Origin: Anaeramoeba ignava BMAN
Taxonomy: Eukaryota; Protista; Anaeramoebae
Length of the DNA: 64,000 bases
Reading direction: 5' to 3'
NCBI GenBank assembly: GCA_028826165.1
Contig: JAPDFW010000099.1
Span: 1 to 64,000, forward strand
This document shows positions 1 to 14,221 of this stretch, one piece after another (positions within the stretch are counted from its first letter, which is position 1; each line of letters opens with the position of its first letter). The translations under genes and the position numbers were made by a program. The notes under the pieces were generated by a model that saw only the letters and a list, made by a program, of their open reading frames with translations, had not been told where the DNA came from and did no database searches.

Positions 1-1299
1 TCTTATTCAGTTATTATTTCCATGGAATTATCCAAATGTTGTTACTAATGAAGGTATTGCTCATCTTGATCATTATAACATTTTCCTATTTCACTACATC
101 TGTTCCTGGATCAATTTCATCAATTTCAATCGATAATTCATCAACTTCATATCTTTTTAGATATTGAATGTGGGAAAATGATTATAATGTTTCAATTTTT
201 GGATGTGGAGAACACCAGAATGTGAAGGAGAAGATCAAGGAGAAGTTGTTGAATCATCAATTTCAATTCCATTTGAAGATATTGAAGATTTAATATGTTC
301 AATTCAATATTCATTAGATATTAATTGTAGTTGGAATCAACCAATTAATTGTTCAATTCCATCTTATTATAATTATTCCTTATCAAGCAATTTCACAAAA
401 GTTATTCAGAGAATTTTAATCCAATTTCATCAAATCAATATTTCACAAATTATTTACAAAATCAAGAATATCAAATCAATGTTTCAGCATGTAATTCAAT
501 GAATAAATGTGGAAATATTTCAACAACTTCAATTACAACTGGAAATTTAGCAACATCTCCAACAATCAATCAATTAAATCCAAAACCTGAAGAAATTGAA
601 TTAAATTTTACAAAAGTATCAAATGCTAATAATTATTCAATTTCAATTTCACTTAATAATGAAACAAATTGGCAAAATTTCACATCTCTTGATTTAAGTG
701 GAAATGAAGGAATTGGAACAATAAGTGGAATATCTGGAAATATTGAATATAATATTTCAATTCGAGGATGTTCAGATTTAAATTGTAAATCTGAATATTT
801 AGGAGAACCAAGTTCATTTGTATTAGAAACACCTAAATTAGGAAATATTACTTCATTAAATTGTTATGGAATAGTTAATGGATTTGTTTGTACTTGGGAT
901 CCATTAAATTTATCAGATGGATTAAAAGCATATCTATTTAAATACAATATGATGATGATTTGTTTACCAAAAACAACAGAATATTATTCAGTTTCAGGAG
1001 TAAATGGAGAAGAAAATTACGAAATTTCAGTTTATTCATCAGCAACTTCAAATTGTGATTATAATGAATATTCAGGAATTAAAACAACAACAATAGTTAC
1101 AACATTATCACCAACTCAAACAAGTGAAAGTACATCAAAAACACCAGTAATTGTTATGGGAGTTATTATTCCAATTCTTGTTATTGGAGGAGTGATTGGA
1201 TTTATTGTTTTGATTAAGAAACAGAAAAAAAGTATCAAAAGGATTATTAAACAAAGAGAAAAAGAACTTGAAAAATCAGGAGGAATTGAAATGATTTAA
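1..1299 (+). CDS. 5'-truncated tandem paralog of the FG-GAP/FN3 type I membrane protein; several indels in the first ~480 bp
   Basis: 1-1299 is colinear with 3481-4770 (FN3-like stalk, TM VIVMGVIIPILVIGGVIGFIVLI, tail ...EKSGGIEMI). Single-base insertions at the window start break the frame (sequencing error or pseudogenisation). Confidence 0.8.
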
Positions 1300-1309
1300 A
1301 ATTGAAATA

Positions 1310-1655
1310 ATTTAAAATTAAAATTAAAATTGAAATTAAATTTAAAATTAAAATTAAATTTAAAATTAAAATTAAAATTAAAATTAAAATTAAAATTAAA
1401 ATTAAAATTAAAATTAAAATTAAAATTAAAATTATATTTAAAATCAAAATTAAATTTAAAATTAAAATTAAAATTAAAATTAAAATCAAAATCAAAATTA
1501 AAATTAAAATCAAAATTAAAATTAAAATTAAAATTAAAATTAAAATTAAAATTAAAATTAAAATTAAAATTAAAATTAAAATCAAAATTAAAATTAAAAT
1601 TAAAATTAAATTTAAAATTAAATTTAAAATCAAAATTAAAATTAAAATTAAAATT
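1310..1655 (+). repeat. (AAAATT/AAAATC)n hexamer array directly after a stop codon
   Basis: Visible tandem repeat; source of the spurious LKLK/ILIL ORFs. Confidence 0.95.
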
Positions 1656-2127
1656 ACAGTTCCTAATCTAAATTCTGAATTAAAATTAAAATTAAAATTT
1701 TCTTTTTGATCACAAAAAAAATAAAAAATAAGAAATAAGAAAGTTTCTTTTGTTTCTTTAGTTTTGTTTTTTTTATTAAAATGAAACTAGCAAAAAAAAA
1801 CTATTTCTTTATTTCTTTTTCTCTTATTTTCTTTTTTTCATTTTTCTTTTTTTCATTTTTCTTTTCTTTTCTTTTCTTTAAATTCAAAGTAAGTTTAAAA
1901 ATAAGTTTTAAAAAAGCAAAAATTTTATCTTTTTATCTTTTTAATAAATAAATAAATAAACATAAAAATAAACCAATTTAACTTATTTATTATTCATTTT
2001 ATTATTTTATTATTTATATTATTTTTATTTTGCTTCTTCAAAAAATAAAAAAAGCAAAAAAAAAAAAAAACAAATTCTTCTTTTAATAATTTCTTATTCT
2101 TTATTTATTAAAAAAAAAAAAGCAAAA

Positions 2128-4770
2128 ATGAAATCAATTCTTTTCATCTTCTTTTTATTCAATTTTCTTATTTTGATTAATTCAATTCAAACTCAAAAAA
2201 CATCAAGATATTATTCTTATGAAGATGAAGCTTACATTTGGAATTTAATTGATAATTTTACAGGAACCAATCAATTTGGATTTCCAGTTTCAATTTATGG
2301 AGATATTTTAGTTATTGGATCTGGATCAGATCAAGTATTTGTTTACAGATATAATGGAACAAATTTTGAACTTGAACAAACTTTAAATGGAACTGAAGGT
2401 TCATATTTTGGAGGTAGTGTTTCAGTTTATGAAGATGTTCTTGTTGTTAGTTCTGCTTCATCAGATCAAGCATTCATTTACAGATATAATGGAACAATTT
2501 GGAATCTTGAAAAAACTTTAAATGGAACTGAAGGTTCATCAGATTGGATTCATGTTTCAGTTTATGAAAATGTTACAGTTGTTGGTTCTCTCAATAAAAA
2601 TCAAACATATATTTACAGATATAATGGATCAATTTGGAATCTTGAACAAATTTTGAATGGAACTGAAGGTTCAAATTTTGGAGAGCGTGTTTCAGTTTAT
2701 GAAAATGTTACTGTTGTTGGCGCTTATGGTTCAGATCAAGTATTCATTTACAGATATAATGGAACAATTTGGAATCTTGAACAAACTTTGAATGGAACTG
2801 AAGGTTCATTCTTTGGTTTTAATGTTCCAGTTTATGAAAATGTTCTTGTTATTGGCGCTTATGGTTCAAGTCAAGTATTCATTTACAGATATAATGAATC
2901 AAATTGGAATCTTGAACAAACTTTGAATGGAACAACTTTTGGACAGCATGTTTCAGTTTATGAAAATGTTCTTGTTATTGGAGTTTTTGATTCAAATAAA
3001 GCATTCATTTATAGATATAATGGATCAATTTGGAATCTTGAAAAAACTTTGAATGGACCTGGATTTTTTGGTTTTGGTGTTTCAGTTTATGAAAATTTTA
3101 CAGCTATTGGTCGTCCAGCCAGTTCTGAAGTATATGTTTATCAATTCACTTTTATTCCACAAGTAAATCTTCATAATTGTTCATCTTTGTTTTCATCATT
3201 TGATTGTTATTGGGATCAAATTCAAATTCCAAATTTGAAATATCAAATCAATTTTGGATATGATTGGATTGATATTGATTCTCCAATTCTTAAAGATGGA
3301 AATGTTCTTTATCAATTATTCAATTCTTCATTTAACTCTAATATTACTGGAAATGAATATTACACAATCCAAATTCAAGCTTGTCATATTGAATCATTGA
3401 AATGTGGTGAAGTTTCTTCGTTTGCTAATTTAACAACAAAAATTGATTCAGTAAAAGATTTTCAATTAGTAGATTCAACTTTTTATTCAGTTAATGCTTC
3501 ATGGAATTATCCAAATGTTGTTATTGATGGAAGTATTCCTCATCTTGATCATTATAATTTTTCTTATTTCAATACATCTGCTCCTGGATCAATTACATCA
3601 ACTTCAATCGATAATTCATCAACTTCATATCTTTTTGATATTGAATGTGGAAATGATTATAATGTTTCAATTTGTGGATGTAGAACACCAGAATGTGAAG
3701 GAGAAGATCAAGGAGAAGTTGTTGAATCATCAATTTCAATTCCATTTGAAAATGTTGAAAATTTAGGATGTTTAGTTTCAGTATCATTAAAGATATTTTG
3801 CTCTTGGACCAAACCAAGTAATTGTAAATATCCATCTTATTATAACTTCACTTATCAAGCAATTTCAGGAAATGATTCAGGAAATTATCATCTAGGTTTA
3901 GGAAATAAAGAATTTATAGCGAAAATTCCTAATCAAGAATATCAAATCAATGTTTCAGCATGTAATTCAATGAATAAATGTGGAAATATTTCAACAACTT
4001 CAATTACAACTGGAAATTTAACAACATCTCCAACAATTAATCAAGCAATTTCCAAAATTGAAGAAATTGAATTAAATTTCACAAAAGTATCAAATGCTAA
4101 TAATTATTCAATTTCAATTTCACTTAATAATGAAACAAATTGGCAAAATTTCACATCTCTTGATTTAAGTGGAAGTGAAGGAATTGGAACAATAAGTGGA
4201 ATATCTGGAAATATTGAATATAATATTTCAGTTTGTGGATGTATTGATTTAAATTGTGAAGTTTATTATTTAGGAGATCCAAGTCCATTTACATTAGTAA
4301 CACCTAAATTAGGAAATATTACTTCATTAGATTGTTATGGAATAGTTAATGCATTTTTTTGTTCTTGGGATTCATTAAATTTATCAGATGGATTAAAAGG
4401 ATATCTATTTAGATATAATTCAATAATGATTTGTTTATCAAGTTCAATTAATTATCAATTAATTTCAGGAGTAAATGGAGGAGAAAATTATGATATTTCA
4501 GTTTATGCATCAGCTGATTCAAATTGTTATTATAATGAATATTCAGGAATTAGCTCGAATACTTCAGTCTCACCTTCATTACCAACTCAAACAAGTGAAA
4601 GTGCATCAAAAACACCAGTAATTGTTATGGGAGTTATTATTCCAATTCTTGTTATTGCATCTATTATTGGATTTATAATTTTGATTAAGAAACAGAAAAC
4701 AAGTATCAAAAGAATTATCAAAGAAAGAGAAAAAGAACTTGAAAAATCAGGAGGAATTGAAATGATTTGA
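2128..4770 (+). CDS. Intronless type I surface protein: signal peptide, 7 FG-GAP-like beta-propeller repeats, several Cys-containing FN3-like domains, TM, short basic tail
   Basis: 880-aa ORF. Hydrophobic N-terminus; ~44-aa repeats FGxxVSVYENVLVIGAxxxxQVFIYRYNGTIWNLEQTLNGTEGS; FN3-like W..P...Y..Y.I.V.A.N patterns; TM near the C-terminus. Confidence 0.85.
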   Translation: MKSILFIFFLFNFLILINSIQTQKTSRYYSYEDEAYIWNLIDNFTGTNQFGFPVSIYGDILVIGSGSDQVFVYRYNGTNFELEQTLNGTEGSYFGGSVSVYEDVLVVSSASSDQAFIYRYNGTIWNLEKTLNGTEGSSDWIHVSVYENVTVVGSLNKNQTYIYRYNGSIWNLEQILNGTEGSNFGERVSVYENVTVVGAYGSDQVFIYRYNGTIWNLEQTLNGTEGSFFGFNVPVYENVLVIGAYGSSQVFIYRYNESNWNLEQTLNGTTFGQHVSVYENVLVIGVFDSNKAFIYRYNGSIWNLEKTLNGPGFFGFGVSVYENFTAIGRPASSEVYVYQFTFIPQVNLHNCSSLFSSFDCYWDQIQIPNLKYQINFGYDWIDIDSPILKDGNVLYQLFNSSFNSNITGNEYYTIQIQACHIESLKCGEVSSFANLTTKIDSVKDFQLVDSTFYSVNASWNYPNVVIDGSIPHLDHYNFSYFNTSAPGSITSTSIDNSSTSYLFDIECGNDYNVSICGCRTPECEGEDQGEVVESSISIPFENVENLGCLVSVSLKIFCSWTKPSNCKYPSYYNFTYQAISGNDSGNYHLGLGNKEFIAKIPNQEYQINVSACNSMNKCGNISTTSITTGNLTTSPTINQAISKIEEIELNFTKVSNANNYSISISLNNETNWQNFTSLDLSGSEGIGTISGISGNIEYNISVCGCIDLNCEVYYLGDPSPFTLVTPKLGNITSLDCYGIVNAFFCSWDSLNLSDGLKGYLFRYNSIMICLSSSINYQLISGVNGGENYDISVYASADSNCYYNEYSGISSNTSVSPSLPTQTSESASKTPVIVMGVIIPILVIASIIGFIILIKKQKTSIKRIIKEREKELEKSGGIEMI

Positions 4771-4864
4771 TTTCTTTTTTTTTTCATTCATTTTTTTTTT
4801 TCTCATTCATTTTTTTTTCTCATCAAATTTTTTTTTCATTTTTTTTCATTTCAAAAAATTAAAA

Positions 4865-7800
4865 ATGAATGATTTAAAAGATTTAAAAGATTTTTATTCA
4901 GGATATTTATTACAAAAATCTATTTTTCATCGATGGAATAAAAAATATATAAAAATAACAAATGAAAGAAAAATTTATATTTTCAAAGAAAAAAATGATA
5001 AAAAAGCAAAACATGAATATCAATTATCAAGTTATGAAGTTAAAGAAACACCAATTTCTAAATTTAAAAAGGCAAATGTTTTTTATATTTCAATGAAAGA
5101 TTTAAAAAGAAAGAAAAAGAAAATATATTTTTGTTGTAATGATCAAAGAGAAAGAAATAATTGGATTGAATCTATTCATTATCTATTTAATCAACAGAAA
5201 AATGATATTAAACAAGCTTTAACAAATCAATCTTTACAAAATTTATCTCCAACTTCAATTCAGCCAGAGTATTTATAAAATTATTTATAAAATTAATTAT
5301 AAAATTATTTATAAAATTATTTATAAAATTAATTATAAAATTATTTATAAAATTATTTATAAAATTATTTATAAAATTAATTATTAAATTATTAATAAAA
5401 TTATATATAAAATTATTTATAAAATTAATTATAAAATTAATTATTAAATTATTAATAAAATTATATATAAAATTATTTATAAAATTAATTATAAAATTAT
5501 TTATAAAATTAATTATAAAATTATTTTATAAAATTAAATATAAAATTAAATATAAAATTAAATATAAAAATTATTTATATAAAAATTAAATATAAAATTA
5601 AATATAAAAATTATTTATAAAAAAAATTAAATATAAAATTAAATATAAAATTAAATATAAAATTATTTATAAAATTAAATATAAAATTATTTTATAAAAT
5701 TATTTATAAAATTATTTATTAAATTATTTATAAAATTAAATATAAAATTAAATATAAAATTATTAATAAAATTATTTATATAAAAATTATTTATTAAATT
5801 ATTTTATAAAAATTATTTATAAAAATTAAAAAATATAAAATTAAAATATAAAATTATTTATAAAATTATTTATAAAAATTATTATAAAAATTAAAATATA
5901 AAATTATTTATAAAATTATTTATAAAATTATTTTATAAAAATTATTTATAAAATTATTTTATAAAATTATTTATTAAATTAATTTAAAAAATTATTTATA
6001 TAAAATTATTAATAAAATTATTAATATAAAATTATTTATAAAATTAATTATAAAATTAATTATTTATAAAATTAATTATAAAATTAATTATAAAAATTAA
6101 ATATAAAATTAATTTATAAAAATTAATTTATAAAATAAATATAAAATTAAATATAAAATTATTTATAAAATTATTTTATAAAATTATTTTTATAAAAATT
6201 ATTTAAAAAATTATTTATAAAATTATTTATAAAATTATTTTTATAAAATTATTTATAAAATTAAATATAAAATTAAATATAAAATTATTTTATAAAATTA
6301 TTTATAAAATTATTTTATAAAATTATTTATAAAATTATTTATAAAATTATTTATAAAATTATTTATTTATAAAAAAATTAAAATTATTTTATAAAATTAA
6401 ATTATAAAATTAATTTATAAAATTATTTATAAAATTATTTATAAAATTATTTATAAAATTAATTATAAAATTATTTATATAAAAATTTTATTAATAAAAT
6501 TATTTATAAAATTATTAATAAAAATTATTTATAAAATTAATTATAAAATTAAATATAAAAATTAAATATAAAATTATTTATAAAAATTATTTTAATAAAA
6601 TTATTTATAAAATTAATTATAAAATTATTTATAAAATTAAATATAAAATTATTTATAAAAATTATTAATAAAATTATTTATAAAATTAATTATAAAAATA
6701 AATATAATTATAAAATAATAAATATAAAAATTATAAAAAATTATAAAAAAAATTATTTTATAAAATTAATTATAAAATTAATTTATAAAACAAATTTATA
6801 AAATTAATATAAAATTATTTTATAAAATTATTTAAAAAATTATTTTATATAAAATTAAATTATAAAATTATTTATAAAATTAAATATAAAATTATTTATA
6901 AAATTATTTATAAAAATTATTTATAAAATTATTTATATAAAATTATTTATAAAAATTAAATATAAAATTAAATAAAATTAATATAAAAATTTATAAAAAT
7001 AAAATTAAAATTATATAAAATTAAATATAAAATTATTTATAAAAAAAATATAAAAAATTTATAAAATTAAAATATAAAAATTTATAAAAATTATTTATAA
7101 AATTATTTATAAAATATTTATAAAATTATTGCAAAAATTAAATATAAAATTATTTATAAAATTATTTTATAAAATTATTTATAAAATTCTAATAAAAATA
7201 AAATTAAATATAAAATTATTTTATAAAATTAAATATAAAATTAATTATAAAATTAAATATAAAATTATTTATAAAATTAAATATATAAAAAATAAAATTA
7301 TTTATAAAATTATTTATAAAATAAAATTAAAAATTATTTATAAAATTAAATAAAAAATAATAAAATTTTTTATAAAAATTAATTTATAAAATTAATTATA
7401 AAATTATTTATAAAATTAAATATAAAATTATTTATAAAAATTATTTATAAAATTATTTATAAAATTATTAAAATAAAATTATTTATAAAATTATTTATAA
7501 AAATTATTTATAAAATTATTTAAAAAATTAAAATTTTTAAAATTAATTATAAAAATTATTTATAAAATTATTTTATAAAATATTTTTTTATAATATAAAA
7601 TTAAAAATTATATAAAATTATTTTATAAAATTATTTTATAAAATTAAATTTAATAAAATTTATTTATAAAAATTAATTTATAAAAATTATTTATAAAATT
7701 ATTTATAAAATTAATTATATAAAAAAAATTTATAAAATTATTTATAAAATATTTATAAAATTATTTTATAAAATTATTTATAAAATTAATAAAATTATTT

Positions 7801-10800
7801 AAAATTATTTATAAAATTATTTATAAAAATTATTTATAAAATTATTAATAAAATTAAATATAAAATTATTTATAAAATTATTTTATAAAATTATTTATAA
7901 AATTATTTATAAAAAATTTATAAAAATTAAAATAAAATTTATTAAAATTATTAAATATAAAATTATTTATAAAATCAATTTATAAAAATTATTAAATATA
8001 TAAAATTAAATATAAAATTATTTATAAATTAAAATATAAATTTATTAAATATAAAATTAAAAATATAAAATTATTAATATAAATTAAATAAAATTATTAT
8101 ATAAAAATTATTTATAAAATTAATTATAAAATTAAATAAAATTAATAAAATTAATTATAAAATTATTTAATAAAATTAATTTATAAAAAAAATTTATAAA
8201 ATTATTTTATAAAATTAATATTTATAAAATTATTATTTATAAAAATAAAAAAAATTTATAAAATTATTTATAAAATTAATTTATAAAATTATTTTATAAA
8301 ATTATTAATAAATAAAAATTAAATATAAAATTAAATATAAAATTAATTATAAAATTATTTTATAAAATTATTTTATAAAAATTAATTATAAAATTAATTA
8401 TAAAAAATTAAATATAAAATTAAATATAAAATTTTATATAAAATTAATTATAAAAATTAAAATATAAAAATTAAAAATATAAAATTATTTTATAAAATTA
8501 TTTTATAAAATTAAATATAAATATAAAATAAAAATATAAAATTATTTATAAAAAAATATAAAAATTTATAAAATTAATTTATAAAAATTAATTATAAAAT
8601 TATTATAAAATTATTTAAAAATTATTTATAAAATTATTAAATTAAATATAAAATTAAATATAAAATTATTTATAAAATTAAATAAAATTTATAAAATTAT
8701 TTATAAAATTATTTATAAAATTATTTTATAAAAATTATTTATAAAATTATTTATAAAATTATTAATAAAATTATTTATAAAATTATTTATAAAATTATTT
8801 ATATAAAATTATTTTATAAAAATTTATAAAATTATTTATAAAATTATTTATAAAATTAAATATAAAATTAAATATAAAATTATTTTATAAAATTATTTTA
8901 TAAAATTATTTATAAAATTAATTATAAAATTAAATATAAAATTAATTTATAAAATTATTTATAAAATTAATTATAAAAATTAAATATAAAATTAAATATA
9001 AAATTAAAATATAAAATTATTTATAAAATTAAATATAAAAATTATTTATAAAATTATTTTATAAAATTATTTATAAAATTATTTTATAAAATTATTTATA
9101 AAATTATTTATTAAATTATTTATAAAATTATTTTATAAAAATTAAATATAAAATTAAATATAAAAATTAAAATATAAAATTAAATATAAAATTAATTATA
9201 AAATTAAATATAAAATTAAATATAAAATTATTTATAAAATTAATTATAAAATTAATTATAAAATTAAATATAAAATTATTTTATAAAATTATTATCAAAA
9301 TTAATTATAAAATTATTTATAAAAATTATTTATAAAATTTATTTATAAAATAATTATAAATTTATTTTATAAAATTATTTATAAAATTAATTATAAAAAA
9401 TTAAATATAAAATTAATTTATAAAATTATTTATAAAATTATTTATAAAATTAAATATAAAATTAAATATAAAATTAAATATAAAATTATTTATAAAATTA
9501 ATTATAAAATTATTTATAAAATTATTTATAAAATTATTTATAAAAATTATTTTATAAAATTATTTATAAAATTATTTATTAAATTATTTATAAAATTATT
9601 TATAAAATTAAATATAAAATTAAATATAAAAATTAAATATAAAATTAAATATAAAATTAAATATAAAAATTAAATATAAAATTAAATATAAAATTAAATA
9701 TAAAATTAAATATAAAATTAAATATAAAATTAAATATAAAATTATTTATAAAATTATTTATAAAATTAATTATAAAATTATTTATAAAATTAAATATAAA
9801 ATTAATTATAAAATTATTAATAAAATTAAATATAAAATTATTAATAAAATTAAATATAAAATTTAAAATAAAATAAATTTAAGTCGCAAAAAAAGAATAA
9901 GTAAACCACTTTCACCAAGTTCTCCTTTTAAAACATTAACAAGTTATACTGAAGATTTTTTTGATGAAGACAAAGAAATTCCAGATTTTCTTGATGATGC
10001 TCCTGATTGGAATCAATCAATCAAAAATCTAATGGAACAATTAAAACAAAATGAAACAAATATTGAAAAATATAATGAAATTATGGATTTAATTGGAAAT
10101 TTCCTTCAAACAGCAACTTATTGCGCTCAAACAATTATTGATGAATATCCATTGAAAAAATCAGATAAAACTTTTAAACCTCTATTCAAATCAAAAGAAA
10201 ATCATCAACTAAAAAAACAATTTCATCAACAAGAACATTTTGAAGATGATCAATTCCAAGAAATTCAATATGAATCCTCAGGACTAACTTTCAAATTTTA
10301 TCACAAATATAAACCAGAATTGGAAAATGAAGAACTTTCAATGAAAATGGCAAATCATTTGATTCAAAATGGAAAATTTATCCAAGAAGCAAATATTCTT
10401 GGAATTCAAATACCTTTACAATGTATTGTTGATTACAAAGGATTTAGAATGCATATCTCTGCAAAATTACCTCAAGATAAAGAATCTGTGAAATTAAAAG
10501 ATATTCAAAATTTGCAACTTAAACAAAAAATTGATTTACTTCTTCGAAAATATGGAATTGCAATGAATGATGAAATTATGGAATCAATTCAAGTTATTGA
10601 GCTTTCAGGAAATGAAAATTATTTGTTAAATGTTGAAAAATTTTTTCCAAATGAGAAATCAAAATCAAAATCAATTGAAATTAAAAATTTAAAGGAAAAT
10701 GTAGTCAATAGAATAAGACCAGAATTGCTTGTTGATATTATTAAAAATAACACAAATCAAAATGAAAATGATGATATCTCTCAAATTGCTTCTGATTACT

Positions 10801-12827
10801 TATTTTCAAATACTTTGCCTAATTTTATTTTACAAACAGATGATTTGAAAATTATCCCACTTGATTCTGAGGAATTGAAAAAAGAAATGCATAAAAATGG
10901 GATTAATATGAGGCATTTAGGAGTTCTTGCGAATTTGACTAAAATACCTCATGTTAGACAACTTTTGATGATTGATATGATTGCACGAATATGCAAAAAA
11001 ATTCTATTCCAACAATTAAGAAAAACAAGCAAAAGAATCAAGAATATTGAATCAAAAGAATTTCCTAATTTGGAAGTTACTGAATTTGACAAGAAAATTA
11101 TGGATTCAAAAGAAGAAACGGAAACAATATCAAACCAAAAGCAAATCGTTTTCCAAACACCCAATAAAAGCATCAAAAAGAATCTATTTTCGGAATTCAA
11201 CACACCTCAAAATCAAAAAACAATCAATCGGATTAACGATAATGTTTCAACAGTTGTTATTGATTTTTTCAATTTGGTTCTTGGATCTTCAGAGGAATGC
11301 GAAATGTACTGGAATTCTGTTTTGATTCCTTCAGTTGAAAAGAAATTTGGATTTTAAAATTGAGTATTTTCTTGTTCACAAACCAGCTTTATTTTTATCA
11401 ATGCAATATCACACTGGCGTTGAATTTCTTGATAGTGATGAATATGATTTCACAAAAGAATTACCAGTTGAAAAACAAGATTTTATTGCAATTCACCCAA
11501 AGCCAAAAGATATTTTATAATGAGAATATATTTGATGGAAAAATTCCAAGCAATTTAAATGAGCATAATCAAATGATCCAAAATTTGAACTTCAAGCTTT
11601 CTGTTCAGAAATCAATATATGGTATTGAGAACATGGAAGTATCACGAATACTAACAAAAACTATCAAATTTACATTTCGAACAAAAAGATTACTCAAACT
11701 CAATATTATGTGCAAATGCAGCACTTGGAGCTTCAAGAAAATTTCATGGTTTCATTTCTTTAACTTACTTGATTTTAATGAAAGCAAAATACCAAGTCGG
11801 AGACACTAAATCCGCCATTGAATGCTTCAAATACTCACTTGATGCAATACGGTTCCATTTGACAGAATATCATCCTTTATTAATCGATGCTTATAATGAA
11901 ATTGCTCATCTTTATCAAAGAGAAAATAATATCCAGTATGCTTTGAAATTTTATACAAAAGCACTTGAATTATCCAAAAAAGTTATTGGAATTGCTCATT
12001 CAAAAACAGCTTGGTGCTTTTTTTATGTTGGAGGATGTTATATCAAGACAAACAATTTTCAGGATGCTTTATCAAATTTGGAAAGTGGATTGGCTGTTAT
12101 TGATTCTTTATTTGGAAAGCAAAATTTTTCTGCTTCAATTTTCCATTTTATTATTTCCGAAATTTTGGTTTCAAAAGGAGATCTTTTAAAAGCAAAAGAG
12201 CACAATGAAAAAGTGATAGAAATCCAAAAAAACGCATTTAATTTGGTTCAGGAATTAAAACTCGAAAATGAAATTGTGAATAAAAACCAAATCCAAAATC
12301 AAGTTCAACATGAAATTGAAAGAGAATTTGAGGATATTTTTAAAGGAAGTGAAAAAGAGTATGGAAAATCAGAAATCAAAGTTATTCTTGTTAAAAGTAT
12401 TGTTCAAATGGGTTATATTTATGAAAAAATGGGAGAAAATTTAAAATCAAATGATTTTTATGAAGAAGCACTTTCATTTTTAAAGGAAATGGAAGAAGAA
12501 GACGATGAAATTCTTGAACAAATTCAATTCATAACAAGAGCAATTTTGAATTTAATTTTTAGAACACTTCCAATTGAAAAACAAGTTATTCTTGATAAGA
12601 TCAAATTGGAAGAAATTCAAGGAAAATCTCAAACTTTGAAATTTCCAATTACAAAAGAATTATTTGAAGATATTGTTGTTGAAATTTTTGGTCAAGATCA
12701 AATTAAGAAATATGTTTATGATTTGATTGAAGATTTTATTCAAAACGGAAATAAAGAAGCTTTGAAGAAGTTAAGATGCGTTTATTTAATTTCTAAAGGA
12801 GAAGATCTTTCCATGTTTGAAAATTAA
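4865..12827 (+). CDS. PH domain + Clu (clustered mitochondria/CLUH-like) domain + TPR protein
   Basis: Exon 1 4865-5268 is a PH domain (SGYLLQK..RWNKKYIKI..ERNNWIESI). GT-AG intron 5269-9883 joins in frame (..PDRKKR..PDWNQSIKNL). Clu motifs PLQCIVDYKGFRM, RIRPELL, EMHKNGINMRHLG; C-terminal TPRs. Homopolymer frameshifts near 11352, 11515 and 11658. Confidence 0.8.
5269..9883 (+). repeat. 4.6-kb spliceosomal intron made of a ~12-bp repeat (AAATTATTTATA/AAATTAAATATA)
   Basis: GT at 5269, AG at 9882-9883, reading frame preserved across the junction; almost pure A/T. Confidence 0.88.
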
Positions 12828-12951
12828 AACAAAGCAAAATTAAGTAAAAAAAGCAAAAAAATTTTTGGAATAAAAAAAAAAGCAAAAAAAGTGGAACAAA
12901 ATTGGAACAAAATTTCTAACAAAAAAAAAATAATAAAATTTTAATTAAAAA

Positions 12952-13954
12952 TTATTTAATTTCTTTTTCATTTTTCAATTCATTTTTGTCTTCTTGATTG
13001 ATGAAGTTGATTATCAAAAGGTGAAGAATTTTTATGTTTTCTTTCATGTTTTCTTTCATGTTTTCTTGAATGATAATTATGATAATTATGATAATTATGA
13101 TGATTTCTTGAATGATGTTTATTTTTGTGATTTTCAATTTTTTCTTTTATATTTTCATTTTTAATTAGATTTGAAATATTTTTTGTTTGTATTTCTTTTT
13201 CTTTTTCTTTTTCTTTTTCTTTTTCTTTATCTTTTTCTTTTTCTATTAATTCCTTTAATTGTTCTCTTTCATTTATTTCAATTTTTTCACGTTTTTTTTG
13301 TAATTCTTGTTGAATTCTATCGTGTTCATCCTTTTATAATTTTAAAATGAATTTTGATTTTAATTTTAAAATGAATTTTAATTTTAATTTTAATTTTAAT
13401 TTTAATTTTAATTTTAAAATGAATTTTAATTTTAAAATGAAATTTGATTTTAAAATTTTAAATCACTTTTTGTTGTTTAATTTCAAGCTTTGTTTGATTA
13501 AGTAAAGAAGAAGGAATTCCACCGACACTATTTTGAGCATCAAGAAGCATTCTCCAGAGTTCTTTCATAAACTGGCCAGTATCTCTATCCATAAAGCCAG
13601 TAAGTTGAACTTGCATTTGTTTTGGATCAGGAAATCGCGTTTCTTCAAGAAGCGCAATTGCAAATTCAGCTAAAACTTCATCTTCAATTACTAAATCATA
13701 TATTTTCTGTGTGATCCATGGAATCACACTTTCTAATTTGATTTTTTTCATGTCTACTTGCTTATTAAATATTTTCGGAAATTTTATTGTTTCTATTAAT
13801 TTTTTATCTTTATTTGTAAATCTTCCATCTTGTTCAAAAGAAGTTCCCTTTTATTTTGTTTTGATTTGTGTTTTTAATCCAAATTTATATTTTATTTTTT
13901 TCATTTGAAAATTTTTAATTGGAAAAAAAATTTACTCTAAAAAGAATCACTCAT
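12952..13954 (-). CDS. PWI-domain splicing factor (SRRM1/SRm160-like), 3 exons
   Basis: Spliced MSDSF(F)R|GTSFEQDGRFTNKDKKL..VDMKKIKLESVIPWITQKI..DPKQMQVQLTGF..FMKELWRMLLDAQNSVGGIP matches the SRRM1 N-terminus and PWI domain. Introns ~13848-13935 and 13331-13466. Exon 1 carries an indel; the 3' end is approximate. Confidence 0.88.
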
Positions 13955-14221
13955 AATTTAAAAAAAGAAAAAGAAAAAAATGAAAAAAAAAAATGGAAAA
14001 AAAAAAACTTTTTTTTAATTTGAAATTTTTTCATTTTTAATAAATAAAACTCTTAAGTTCTTTTCATTTCTTTTCAAAATAATAATTTTTTAAAAAAATC
14101 TATCAAAAAAATTAATTAAAAAAAAAATTTTTTATTTCTTTTTTTTTTCATTTTTTTTTGTGTTATTTTTGACTTTTTCTTTTAAATATTTTATTTTTTT
14201 TGGATAATTCAATTTATAAAA

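Noticed and set aside
5269-9883. Telomeric or centromeric satellite, or mobile element
   Set aside because: It is bounded by GT/AG with in-frame exon joining, and has no G-rich telomere unit, terminal repeats or transposase.
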